A DNA stretch of 64,000 bases from assembly GCA_965217775.1 (NCBI GenBank), contig CBDCJH010000002.1, forward strand, positions 3,040,001-3,104,000. The letters run 5' to 3'. Under the pieces are notes generated by a model. That model made no database searches. It was given only the letters and a program-made list of their open reading frames with translations, and had not been told where the DNA came from. The position numbers and the translations under genes are program-made. Shown one piece after another: positions 39,475 through 48,838 of this stretch (the first letter of the stretch is position 1; the number at the start of each line of letters is the position of its first letter). This stretch comes from Acidobacteriota bacterium. GTDB lineage: Bacteria > Acidobacteriota > UBA6911 > RPQK01 > JAJDTT01.

Positions 39475-40662
39475 ATGTTCAACCGGAGATGGTTCTTGAC
39501 CCTTTTGTCCAGCTCGCCCTTTCTGGCCAACTTCCGGCCGTTGTTCGGCCGGTTGAACAATCGAGACTACTTTGCCGAACTCGGAGTCCGCCCCATCATC
39601 AACGCGGCGGGAACCTCCACGGCCCTGTCCGGCAGCCTGATGCGGCCCGAGGCGATTCACGCCTGGGAATACGCCACCCGGCAGTTCGTCAATCTGGACC
39701 AGCTCCACGACGCCGTGGGCAAGCGGATCGCCTCCCTGGTCGGCTCGGAGGACGCCCTGGTCAGCGCCGGCGCCGCCTCCGCCCTGACACTGGGAACGGC
39801 CGCCTGCATCACCGGATCCGACGAGGAGTTCATTAAGCGTATCCCGGACACGTCCGGAATGCGCGACGAGGTCATCATCCAGAAATCGCATCGATTCAGC
39901 TACGACCACGCCGTGCGAAACTGCGGGGTCCGGATGGTGGAGGTGGAGACGGCGGATGAACTGGCCGCAGCCGCCGGCTCGCAGACCGCCATGATGCTGT
40001 TTCTGAACCTGGCTGACGAGAAGGGCAACATCCAAGCGGCCGAGTTCGCCGGGTGGGGAAAGAAACTCGGGGTCCCCACCTTCATCGATTGCGCGGCCGA
40101 CGTCCCACCCGTCGAGAACCTCACCAAATTCATCCGGATGGGATTCGACCTGGTCACCTTCTCCGGGGGCAAGGCCATGCGCGGTCCTCAGAGCAGCGGG
40201 CTGCTGCTGGGACGCAAGGACCTGATCGCAGCCGCCAGGCTCAACGGTTTGCCGCACGCCAACACCATCGGCCGGGGCATGAAGGTCAACAAGGAAGAGA
40301 TGCTGGCCATGATGGTGGCGGTGGAGACCTACCTCGAGCTCGATCACGAAAAAGACTGGAAAGAGTGGGAGCGTCAGGTCGAAACCATCGCCAAGCGAGT
40401 CGAGAAGATACCGGGAGTCGAGGCCGAAAGGTTCGTCCCTGCCATCGCCAACCGGTCGCCTCAACTGCACATCGGATGGGACCGGTCCCGGGTCCGGATC
40501 CACCGGGATCAGGTCATCGAGCAGCTCCGCGACGGCGAGCCCGCCATCGAAGCTCGTCCCTGGGAGAAGAAGGAACTGGAAGTCATGGTGTGGACCCTGC
40601 AGCCGCGAGAGGCCAAGATCGTGGGCCGGCGAATCGCGGAGATCCTGAAAGCAGCGGTCTGA
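39475..40662 (+). CDS. SelA/DgaE-like PLP-dependent enzyme with Tat-like signal
   Basis: Start ATG 39475 (AAGGAG); NRRWFL; LGVRPIINAAGT, DCAAD, FSGGK (PLP lysine), GPQSSG, RGMKVNKEE. Confidence 0.85.
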   Translation: MFNRRWFLTLLSSSPFLANFRPLFGRLNNRDYFAELGVRPIINAAGTSTALSGSLMRPEAIHAWEYATRQFVNLDQLHDAVGKRIASLVGSEDALVSAGAASALTLGTAACITGSDEEFIKRIPDTSGMRDEVIIQKSHRFSYDHAVRNCGVRMVEVETADELAAAAGSQTAMMLFLNLADEKGNIQAAEFAGWGKKLGVPTFIDCAADVPPVENLTKFIRMGFDLVTFSGGKAMRGPQSSGLLLGRKDLIAAARLNGLPHANTIGRGMKVNKEEMLAMMVAVETYLELDHEKDWKEWERQVETIAKRVEKIPGVEAERFVPAIANRSPQLHIGWDRSRVRIHRDQVIEQLRDGEPAIEARPWEKKELEVMVWTLQPREAKIVGRRIAEILKAAV

Positions 40663-40765
40663 GAGGGGCCGGTTCGAGAACGAAGGTCCCGCCGCGGCTG
40701 ACCTTCGACCTTCCAGAATTCCAAGCGGCGATCGATCGATAGTCGACCCAAGTGACCCGGGATGG

Positions 40766-41089
40766 CTACGACTTCTCGGCGCGGCGGGTCCCGAACAGGG
40801 CGTCGCGCACTCCTTCCATCAGCCCTTCGAGCTTTGCCAGCCCCCGTTCCACCACCGCCATTCGGCTGTCGAGAGCATCCAGCCGTCCTTCCAACTTTTT
40901 CCCGAGGGCACCGAGCCTGTCTTCCGTCTTCGATTCCACGGCATCCACTCGCCGCTCCAACGAATCGATGCGCGCACCCAGACGCTTTTCGAAGCCGCGA
41001 AGGCCGCTCACAATGAAGCTGGCCAAAGCCACACCGACCCCCAGCAGTGCCACACCGACCCCCAAAATGCCGATCAATTCGCTACTCAT
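40766..41089 (-). CDS. Small N-anchored coiled-coil hypothetical protein
   Basis: MSSELIGILGVGVALLGVGVALAS TM segment, then heptad-like RIDSLERRVDAVE...LAKLEGLMEG. Confidence 0.7.
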   Translation of the reverse strand: MSSELIGILGVGVALLGVGVALASFIVSGLRGFEKRLGARIDSLERRVDAVESKTEDRLGALGKKLEGRLDALDSRMAVVERGLAKLEGLMEGVRDALFGTRRAEKS

Positions 41090-41205
41090 CACATCGACTC
41101 GCAATTCCTAAAACGCTTCTCTTGAGAAAAACGCGAAAGAAGCCGACGGAACCGTGAGTTTCCGAAAAGCGAGGGCTGGAACCCGACCGTAACGAGCCCG
41201 ATGGA

Positions 41206-42510
41206 TCAGATCTCCGTCAGACGCTGGTCCGAGTCGCCGAAGCGCTCCAGGTGGACGTCGAACTTGTCGAGCAACGACAGGTACAGGCTGCACATCTTCC
41301 GGTTGGGCCGCTCCCGGTAGTCCAGGATCCGTCCCCCCTGAATCCGGCCGCCCCCGCCGCCCAGGAGCACCACCGGCAACTTCGTGGCGTCGTGCCGGCC
41401 CGTGAGCATGCTCGAGCAGTACATGAGCACCGAGTTGTCCAGCGCCGTCCGTTCTCCCTCCCGGATCTGGTCCAGCCTCCGGGCGATGTAGCCGTACTGC
41501 TCCAGAAAAAACTGATTCACGCGGAGCCATTTCTCGTTGTCGCGGTGCGACAGCTCGTGGTGGCCCACGTCGACACCAAGGTGGCGAAACAAGAGGTAGC
41601 TGTGGTCGTTGTTGAGCTTGAGGGTGCAGACCCGGGTGGCGTCGGTCTGGAATCCCAGCACCACGATGTCGCACATGAGCCGCATGTGCTCCTGCAGGTC
41701 CTGTGGGATGCCGTCCGGCGGGCGCGGGACGTTGGGTTTGTCCAGGGTCGGCCGCCAGCCTTGCAACTCGCCATTCTGGCCGGACCGCTCGATGCGCTGC
41801 TCCACCTCCCGAACCGAGTTGAGATACTCGTCCAGTTTGTGCTGGTCCCGCGAGCTGATGGACCGCCGGAAGGAGTGGGCCTCTTCCAGCACGGCATCCA
41901 GCACGCTCCGGTCGCCGCGCTCGGCTTCGTCCTTGAACAATCGATCGAAGGCCAGGGCCGGATAGAGTTCCAGGGGCGTGGGCGCCGTGGGCGAGCTCCA
42001 CGAGATGTGGGAGCTGTAGAGCATGGAGTAGTTCTTGTGGATCCCCGGATTGGACCGCTCGCAACCCAGGACCAGACTCGGCACCTTGGTCGACCGTCCA
42101 TAGCGCTGAGCGATGACCTGATCCACGCTGGTCCCGGATCGGATTCCCCCTCCCGACTCCAGAGGCGCACCCGACAACAGGTTGCCGGTCTGGGAACTGT
42201 GGATGTTCCCCTTGAGGGCCTCTTCGTTGTAGAGGCCCCGGACGAAGGTCAGCTTCTCGCGAAAATCGTTCAGCGGCTCCAGCACCCGGCCCAGCCGCAT
42301 CTGCGATCCTTCACCCTCGGCCCACCATTCCTTGGTGTGAAAGCCATTGCCCGAGAACAGAACTGCGAAACGCAACGGCGCCTGGCTTCCGCCGTTGACG
42401 GCCGCTCTGGTTGCGGCGCCCCAGACGGGAAGCGACTCCATCCAGGGCAAGGCCATGGTGACGCCGACGCCACGCAAGAATGTCCGACGAGAATGCTGCT
42501 TAATCTTCAT
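41206..42510 (-). CDS. DUF1552-family protein with Tat signal
   Basis: SRRTFLRGVGVTMALPWMES, SVDQVIA, SLVLG, FQTDATRV, HELSH, LDNSVL. Confidence 0.85.
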   Translation of the reverse strand: MKIKQHSRRTFLRGVGVTMALPWMESLPVWGAATRAAVNGGSQAPLRFAVLFSGNGFHTKEWWAEGEGSQMRLGRVLEPLNDFREKLTFVRGLYNEEALKGNIHSSQTGNLLSGAPLESGGGIRSGTSVDQVIAQRYGRSTKVPSLVLGCERSNPGIHKNYSMLYSSHISWSSPTAPTPLELYPALAFDRLFKDEAERGDRSVLDAVLEEAHSFRRSISSRDQHKLDEYLNSVREVEQRIERSGQNGELQGWRPTLDKPNVPRPPDGIPQDLQEHMRLMCDIVVLGFQTDATRVCTLKLNNDHSYLLFRHLGVDVGHHELSHRDNEKWLRVNQFFLEQYGYIARRLDQIREGERTALDNSVLMYCSSMLTGRHDATKLPVVLLGGGGGRIQGGRILDYRERPNRKMCSLYLSLLDKFDVHLERFGDSDQRLTEI

Positions 42511-42518
42511 GACACGCC

Positions 42519-45500
42519 TCACTGGTCCAGTTCCGAGGGTCTTGCCCGCGATTCTAGCATAGGAACCCGCGGAAAAATGCCGTCACGGAATTCGACTGGC
42601 GTTGACCCTTCATCCAATCCCTTCAGCCCCTCCCGTTCCCCTCTTCCCGCTGCCGCCGACTGCGCCAGTTGCAGCTCCCGGCCCCGGATCTCCCGGAACT
42701 GCCGGCTCCGGACGATCATGTCGACGGCGATCGAGAAGCGGTACCCGTTTTCCGCCAACCGGTCCTGCATCTGGTTCAGGAGCGGCTGGTCCGAGAGTTG
42801 GACCTCGCGCCCAATGGCGTAGCCCAGGAGCTTGCGGTAGAACTGGCGGAAGATGGCGTCCCGCCGCTTCTTGACCAGGTAGTCCCTGAGCCCGGTCAAG
42901 CCGTCGATTTCCGTGCCGTCCGGAAGCGTGGTCCGGGTATCGATGACGCGCCCGCCGAGATCGTGCTGGCGGCGGCGCCCGATGGCGTCATATCCCTCCA
43001 GGGCGAATCCGAAGGGATCGATCTTCAGGTGGCAGCCGGAACACTGGGGGTCGCTGGTGTGCCGCGCCACGAGCTGCCGCACCGTCAGACCGTCGGTGGC
43101 GATCTCATCCGGCGGCAACTGGGGCACCTCCTTGGGCGGACGGGGCAGCTTCTCGCCCAGCAGGACTTCGCTGACCCAGTTGCCCCGCAGAATCGGACTG
43201 GTGCGCGAGGCGCCCGACTGCCGGGCCAGGGTGGTGGCGAAACCCAGGATCCCGCCGCGGCCCAGCGAGCGGACGCCGTCCACCCGCCGCCAGCCGTCCC
43301 CCTCGACTCCCTCGACTCCCTCGACTCCGTAGAAGCGGGCCAGCCGCTGGTTCAAAAAGGTGTGATCCGAATCCAGCAGACTCAGCAGCGAGGCGTCGCG
43401 TCGAAACAGATCGGTGAAGAACCGGATCGACTCCTCGTACATGTCCGACCTCAGATCGGCGAACTCGGGAAAGTGCTTCTCGCTCTTCTCGTCCAGGGTG
43501 TCGAAGTCGTGAATATGCAGCCACTGGCAGGCGAACTCGGTGGCCAGGCGCCGCACTCGAGGGTCTTTGAGCAGGCGCCGGGCCTGTTGGGAAAGGATCT
43601 CGGGGTCCCGCAGGCGCCCGGCGGCAGCCAGGGAGAGGAGTTCCTGATCCGGAAGAGACGACCAGAGGAAATAGCTCAACCGGTTTGCCAACTCCCAATC
43701 GGAGACCGGACCGGCCGGACCGGCGGGCGCCTCTTCCAGCCGATACAGGAAAGGCGCCGAGACCAGCATGCGGGCCAGTGTCAGCCGAAACGCCTCCTCG
43801 TGGTCCATCTCTTCGTCGCGAAGCCGGCGATAGAGTCCACGCAGCCGGTCTTGCTCCCCGTCGCTCAGGGGACGCCGATAGACCCGGGCGGCAAATTCGA
43901 CCAGGGCGTCGAGCTGGATCGGCTCATTCCGGAGCCGACGCTTGCGGAAGGCAGCGGCATCCCCGTCGTAGCGACGGCGTAGCGGAAGTACGGCCTCGTG
44001 CTGAGACCGATCATCCAGGCCGTTCCCCTGAAACGCCTCCATCAGCAGGTCCAGGGCCAGGACCCGCTGAAACGCGCTGTGGCTCACGTAGTGAAGCTGG
44101 TCCCAGAGCCGGTCGAGCCGGGCTCCCTCCTCGGGCTCGAGCATCAGGCGGGCCAGATGGTCATCCTCCCGATAGAAGAGGTTGATGGTGAGAACCTCGT
44201 CCACGGGCACGATCTGGTTGTAGCAGAGGGCGGCCGGGAAGAGTTTCCGGTGCTCGTCGAACGCCGCCTCCATTCTGGCCCTCATGGGAGTCTCGGGAGC
44301 GATGAGGATGGGCCGCAGGAAGGAGACGACCCGGTTCTCCGAGAAGACCTGCGTGACCCGGGAGAAGTTCACCATGACCTTGCTGGGAAGGAGGCCGGGC
44401 TGGGCGGTAACGGCGCCGGGCTTCAGGTCGACCTGGACGCTCCCCTCCCTGCCGGTCTGCGTTTCCAACACGGCAGTGGTGGTGAAGTCGTAGCCGGCAA
44501 AGAGACGGCCCGGAAGACGGATCCGGATCACCGATGGCGCCTGGACACAGAGCGAGTCGGTGTCGATGGCCCGGCCGTCCGGATGCCGGCCGAACAGTTC
44601 CGGGTCCAGCCCCCATTCGGACGCGGTGCCCGCGGCCTCCCCGTCCAACGATCGGGCCAGTCTGCGCACGTCTCGCAGGAGAATGTCGGGACGCCCGTGC
44701 GCCACCAGGCGCGGTTGTTGCCAGACCACGAAATCGCCGCCGTTTCCGTCACCGGCATCCCCCACCACCAGCGAAAAGACGACATCCTTCGGCTCGTAAC
44801 CCTCCACGAATTCCGGAACCGAGATACAGACTGTCTTCTCCGTGACCAGGGGATTCACCGGCTCCATCCACCGGGACGGCCCACCTTTCCGCCCGATGAG
44901 GCCCACGGGTCCGAACGTCCAGAGTCCTTTTTGCCAAGCTCTGATCCGGCTGGCCAGGGAAGCCGCAGCTTCCGGCCCGGCACTTTGCCATTCGGCCCGG
45001 AGATCGTTCAGCAACAGAGTGGTCTCAGGGGTGGACAGATGGGCCCAAAGGGTGTCCAGGTACTTGGCGCTCAAACCCTGTTCCCGGGCGACCGTCCGGA
45101 TGTCCTTACGGCCACTTCGGAGAGCGTCCCGTTCCGACAGAGTGGCGGACAGGTACTTCTCCAGCGGCAACAGTCCGGCCAACCCGATTCGGGTGTCGCC
45201 GTGAACGGCGAGGTTGCCTACAGCCGAACCGACCCCAAAGTCCGCCGTCTCCACGTACCGTCCGTAAAGACCGCGAATCCGGGCCAGGACCTCGTCCGTC
45301 CAGTCGCGCCGTGTGGACTTGGCCGAGAACCGGAACCCGTCCGGCAGCAGCACCACGTGGCCGGCGATCTCCTTGCCGGCGTCCAGGTACTTGCTCAGCA
45401 GCGCCGGCGACATGACCAGGGCGTTCCCGGTGTTGGTGAACCCTTCGCCGGCCGCACTGTCGGTGGGGAACTGCCGGGCCGGGTCCAGAGCGATGCCCGT

Positions 45501-45947
45501 CAGATCGCGGATGGTATAGGTGTACTCAGCGTTGTTGAGCCGCCTCAGGACGACGGGACCGGGATCGCCGGCATTGGCCAATGACTCGGCCTGGAGGTAG
45601 CGATCCACCCAGTCCCTGAGCTGCCGCCGCTGTCCGGGCGCCGGCTGCTGGGCGAAACCGGGCGGCATCTCGCCGTTGTCCAGCATCTCGATGACCTTGA
45701 GCCACGACTTGGACCCGCGCCTCACCTCGGACAGCGTTGCGAATTGCTCCAGATCCAACTCGCCCACCTGTTTCTCGGTGGAGTGGCACTCCAGGCAGAA
45801 CTGCCGGGTCAGTGGCCGGATCCGGTTCCGGTATTCGTCCGCCAGCTCCCGGAACACATCCCCGCCGGTCTCGGCGGCGAGGGGCGCCGCCAAGGAACTC
45901 CAGAGGATCAGCAGAGAAACCCACGCGAAGCGTCGAAAGACCGGCAT
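42519..45947 (-). CDS. DUF1592/DUF1588-type large exported protein with two CxxCH heme-c motifs
   Basis: Signal peptide; CLECH, LRRLNNAEYTYT, ELANRLSYFLWSSLPD, RTSPILRG, CSGCH, FALEGYDAIGR. Confidence 0.85.
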   Translation of the reverse strand: MPVFRRFAWVSLLILWSSLAAPLAAETGGDVFRELADEYRNRIRPLTRQFCLECHSTEKQVGELDLEQFATLSEVRRGSKSWLKVIEMLDNGEMPPGFAQQPAPGQRRQLRDWVDRYLQAESLANAGDPGPVVLRRLNNAEYTYTIRDLTGIALDPARQFPTDSAAGEGFTNTGNALVMSPALLSKYLDAGKEIAGHVVLLPDGFRFSAKSTRRDWTDEVLARIRGLYGRYVETADFGVGSAVGNLAVHGDTRIGLAGLLPLEKYLSATLSERDALRSGRKDIRTVAREQGLSAKYLDTLWAHLSTPETTLLLNDLRAEWQSAGPEAAASLASRIRAWQKGLWTFGPVGLIGRKGGPSRWMEPVNPLVTEKTVCISVPEFVEGYEPKDVVFSLVVGDAGDGNGGDFVVWQQPRLVAHGRPDILLRDVRRLARSLDGEAAGTASEWGLDPELFGRHPDGRAIDTDSLCVQAPSVIRIRLPGRLFAGYDFTTTAVLETQTGREGSVQVDLKPGAVTAQPGLLPSKVMVNFSRVTQVFSENRVVSFLRPILIAPETPMRARMEAAFDEHRKLFPAALCYNQIVPVDEVLTINLFYREDDHLARLMLEPEEGARLDRLWDQLHYVSHSAFQRVLALDLLMEAFQGNGLDDRSQHEAVLPLRRRYDGDAAAFRKRRLRNEPIQLDALVEFAARVYRRPLSDGEQDRLRGLYRRLRDEEMDHEEAFRLTLARMLVSAPFLYRLEEAPAGPAGPVSDWELANRLSYFLWSSLPDQELLSLAAAGRLRDPEILSQQARRLLKDPRVRRLATEFACQWLHIHDFDTLDEKSEKHFPEFADLRSDMYEESIRFFTDLFRRDASLLSLLDSDHTFLNQRLARFYGVEGVEGVEGDGWRRVDGVRSLGRGGILGFATTLARQSGASRTSPILRGNWVSEVLLGEKLPRPPKEVPQLPPDEIATDGLTVRQLVARHTSDPQCSGCHLKIDPFGFALEGYDAIGRRRQHDLGGRVIDTRTTLPDGTEIDGLTGLRDYLVKKRRDAIFRQFYRKLLGYAIGREVQLSDQPLLNQMQDRLAENGYRFSIAVDMIVRSRQFREIRGRELQLAQSAAAGRGEREGLKGLDEGSTPVEFRDGIFPRVPMLESRARPSELDQ

Positions 45948-46229
45948 AACTCTCTCACCTTCCCGGAACCCGAGGGTTCCCGGCGTAACGTTCGGACGCC
46001 CGGCTGGGGATGCGTCCCGGCACCAGCGCGTCCGGCAGGGCCCGGGCCCGTAGCCATCGGACTATGGTTGAAAAGTTTACTGCAATGACGGCCGATTGTA
46101 ACCCACCCTTCGAGGTCGCTTCGGGGTGTCAAGTTCCGCATACCGCCAGGACCAAAGATGCGCCGGTCCAACTCCTGCAGGATACAATGGCGTCGCAACG
46201 ATCAGGACCGAGCCGGACGAAAGGGAGCC

Positions 46230-47135
46230 GTGCCCACGACAACGATCGAACAGGTTCGGACCGGCGGCAGCCGCACCGCCGAACTCGCGGCGGTGAGCCG
46301 CGCCCGGCATCTTCTCCGGCACCGGAAACCCCACATTTTCGAAGACCCCTTCGCCATCCATCTGCTGGGAGATCGGTGGCGGAGGATCATCTCGTCGCGT
46401 TGGCTCGACTCGTTGCTCTCGAAGATCGTCATGAAGAAACTCATGCCCATCAGCATCCAGCAACTGACCCGCGCCCGGTTCGCCGAAGACGCTCTCGAAG
46501 CAGCGGCCCGCAACGGCGTAACTCAGTATGTGATCCTGGGCTCCGGCTTCGATTCCTTCGCGTTCCGGCGTCCGGACCTGGACCTGACCGTATTCGAAGT
46601 CGACCAAGCGGCGATGATCCGCCTGAAGAGAGAACGCCTCGCCGCCGCGAACCTGAAACTTCCCGCTCGATTGAACCTCGTCCCCTTCGACTTCGAGAGC
46701 GGCGATCTTCGAAAAGTGCTCACTGCGGCCGGGTTCGTTCCCGGCTCACGATCGTTCTTCAACTGGATGGGAGTCACCTACTATCTCACCCGGGCCTCCA
46801 TCCTCGACAATCTGGCTCGTTTGGCGGAGATCGCAAATCCGGGGTCGGAACTCGTCTTCGACTACCTGATCGCGGCCGAGTGCGTGCCGCCGGAAGATCG
46901 TGATCTCTTCGCCCGGCTGATGGCGTTCGTGGAGAAACGGGGCGAGCCCATGATTTCGCGCTTCGACCCGGCCCGCGTGGGCGCCGTGCTGAATCTTGGC
47001 GATGTCTGGGAAATCGTCCGGAACGACTCACCGGCCGATCACCATCGCAGCTATGTGGCAGGACGAAGCGACCTGCCTCCTCTGGCCCCCATCACCTGGT
47101 GCCTCCACCTGCGGAGGGGAGGCGCCGGTCAGTAG
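46230..47135 (+). CDS. Class I SAM-dependent methyltransferase (leucine carboxyl methyltransferase-like family)
   Basis: Likely GTG 46230 after AAGGGAG; SRTA...RA, FEDPFA, QYVILGSGFDS, FEVDQ, WMGVTYYL. Confidence 0.85.
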   Translation: MPTTTIEQVRTGGSRTAELAAVSRARHLLRHRKPHIFEDPFAIHLLGDRWRRIISSRWLDSLLSKIVMKKLMPISIQQLTRARFAEDALEAAARNGVTQYVILGSGFDSFAFRRPDLDLTVFEVDQAAMIRLKRERLAAANLKLPARLNLVPFDFESGDLRKVLTAAGFVPGSRSFFNWMGVTYYLTRASILDNLARLAEIANPGSELVFDYLIAAECVPPEDRDLFARLMAFVEKRGEPMISRFDPARVGAVLNLGDVWEIVRNDSPADHHRSYVAGRSDLPPLAPITWCLHLRRGGAGQ

Positions 47136-47171
47136 CCGCCGCCAGAGCGGGCGGACTTTCTCATCGGCCGG

Positions 47172-47507
47172 CTACCTCAAATGGGCGACCTCGATTCCGC
47201 CCCAATGTTTCTTCAGGTACTCTGCGACCAGCCGGCGGTGGCACTGGTGGGGTTGATCCTCGCTGCACAGGAGGCAACCGTCGCTCAGAACCTGCTTCGG
47301 CGTCGTCACTTCGATTCGCCGATGGCGCATCAGTTTGATGAAACGCCGTTCGAATGTTTCCCAGCCAATTGCCTTCTTTCGATATGCGCCCAACAGCTCC
47401 CTCGTAGGAGCCAAGCTGGGCAGATGAACGTAGTCCATCCCGCAAATTTCACCGAGGAAGTAGGCAAGGTCGTCTTTCTTGGCGAAGCCGATGGTGGACA
47501 GCTTCAT
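47172..47507 (-). pseudogene. Short DUF488-family gene with apparent in-frame internal deletion
   Basis: TIGF joined directly to AKKDDL, so the DVR segment is missing; retains LAPT and CLLCSEDQPHQCHRRLVAE. Confidence 0.65.
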
Positions 47508-48142
47508 TGCATCAATTCCACGGAAGCGGCGGCCAGACTCTTGTCCCTGTAGGCAATGCGCTTCGCTTGGCGTTTCACGGCCTCGGCGATCATCAGATCC
47601 GTAGGAGGTTGCGTCTGCCGAATCAGTGGGCCCTCGGAAGGCAATACGAGATCGATCAAACGACTCATCGCTTGGTCATGTGACTCCAGCCTGCCGTCGG
47701 CGTGAATATGCGCAACCTCGACGCCGCGTTTGTCGAGTGCGCAGGCGACGAGGAGCGTCCGGTGGCAGTCGAGAGGCTCCTTCTCCGCGCACATGAGTGC
47801 AATGCGGTGCCTGGCGGCTCCGTCAACGACGCGTGCAAGTCCGTGTTGGAAGGTCTCCGTTGCGGCGACCCGATCGAAAACGATACGCCCCTCATCGTCG
47901 TAACAGTCGAAGTTGCCGGACCGGCCACCCAACTCTCGTCCCAAATACACGTATGCGATACCGCCTGCCTTGAGGGCGGCGGCGAACGATTCTCGATTGA
48001 ACTGGGGATTGAACCGGCTGTATGGCGCCGAGCGGACGTCAGCCAGGGCATCTACTCGATGTTCTCGAAGGAGTTCGACGAAAGCCTCCAGAGTGTGATT
48101 GGAATGGCCGACGGTGAAGACCTTGGATTGGATCTTCTGCAT
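47504..48142 (-). CDS. DUF488-family protein
   Basis: Start ATG 48142; FTVGHSNH, LADVRSAPYSR, ELGGR, LMCAEKEPLDCHR. Confidence 0.9.
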   Translation of the reverse strand: MQKIQSKVFTVGHSNHTLEAFVELLREHRVDALADVRSAPYSRFNPQFNRESFAAALKAGGIAYVYLGRELGGRSGNFDCYDDEGRIVFDRVAATETFQHGLARVVDGAARHRIALMCAEKEPLDCHRTLLVACALDKRGVEVAHIHADGRLESHDQAMSRLIDLVLPSEGPLIRQTQPPTDLMIAEAVKRQAKRIAYRDKSLAAASVELMQ

Positions 48143-48153
48143 GGGGCTTGGCG

Positions 48154-48818
48154 TCAAACAGCCTTGATGACGGCTGCGATCAACTTGTAGCACGATCCCC
48201 GGAATGGCTCTTCAAGGCTGATCGTGAGATAGCACTCGCCGAGTTGATAGGTGCCGTCCAACTTCGCCAAGTACATTCTTTCGTATGTCGGATCGGTGAC
48301 CCAGAGCCCGTAGGTCGAACCAGCGAAACGGAATCGACCCTGCACCCGCCGCTTGTTGTTCCCGAATGCCTCGCCGGGCCAACACACGACAAGTTCCAAT
48401 CGATCGACCCGAATCAGTCGCAATGAATCGGAGACTGAGTCGATTGCCGCGATCGGGATCGTGTCGTTCCGGCCTTTGTAGGTGCTGAATCCGTCGATCC
48501 AGAGGGGAGCGCCGGCAGATCGAAGGACGACAGCCGGCCCGCTTTTTCCCAATAGCACACGGGATCGAGCAGCCAGTTCTCGGTCTGGTGGTCCCGTGGC
48601 CGAGGTTCCAACAACGGGATATCGATGATGTCCAGAACCTGCGGGTCGCTGCCGTCCTCGTACTGCCGCTCGTATGCGGACACCCCCTGAGTCTCGCGAT
48701 CGCTCACGAGTCGAACCCAGTCGCCGGCTCCGCGACCCTCGATCCACTCCCGGCCGGCTACGCACCGCTCCACCAGCTTCCGAGAATTCGCCAGGCAGAC
48801 GACGCGCTTCACAGGCAT
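48154..48818 (-). pseudogene. Dual-OB-fold-like protein, frameshifted near 48505-48515
   Basis: N-half MPVKRVVCLANSRK..CVAG..WVR..HQTENW in one frame; C-half PLWIDG..VTDP..LTISLEEPF..CYKLIAAVI in another; 665 nt is not a multiple of 3. Confidence 0.75.
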
Positions 48819-48838
48819 AGTGGACCCCGTCTCGCCGC

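Noticed and set aside
39475-40662. Calling the PLP enzyme selA (selenocysteine synthase)
   Set aside because: It lacks the SelA N-terminal domain and selB/selC context; it better fits the SelA-like/DgaE group
43300-43328. 9-bp tandem repeat (CCCTCGACT x3) in the DUF1592 gene
   Set aside because: In-frame GVE repeat in a probable loop; ordinary slippage
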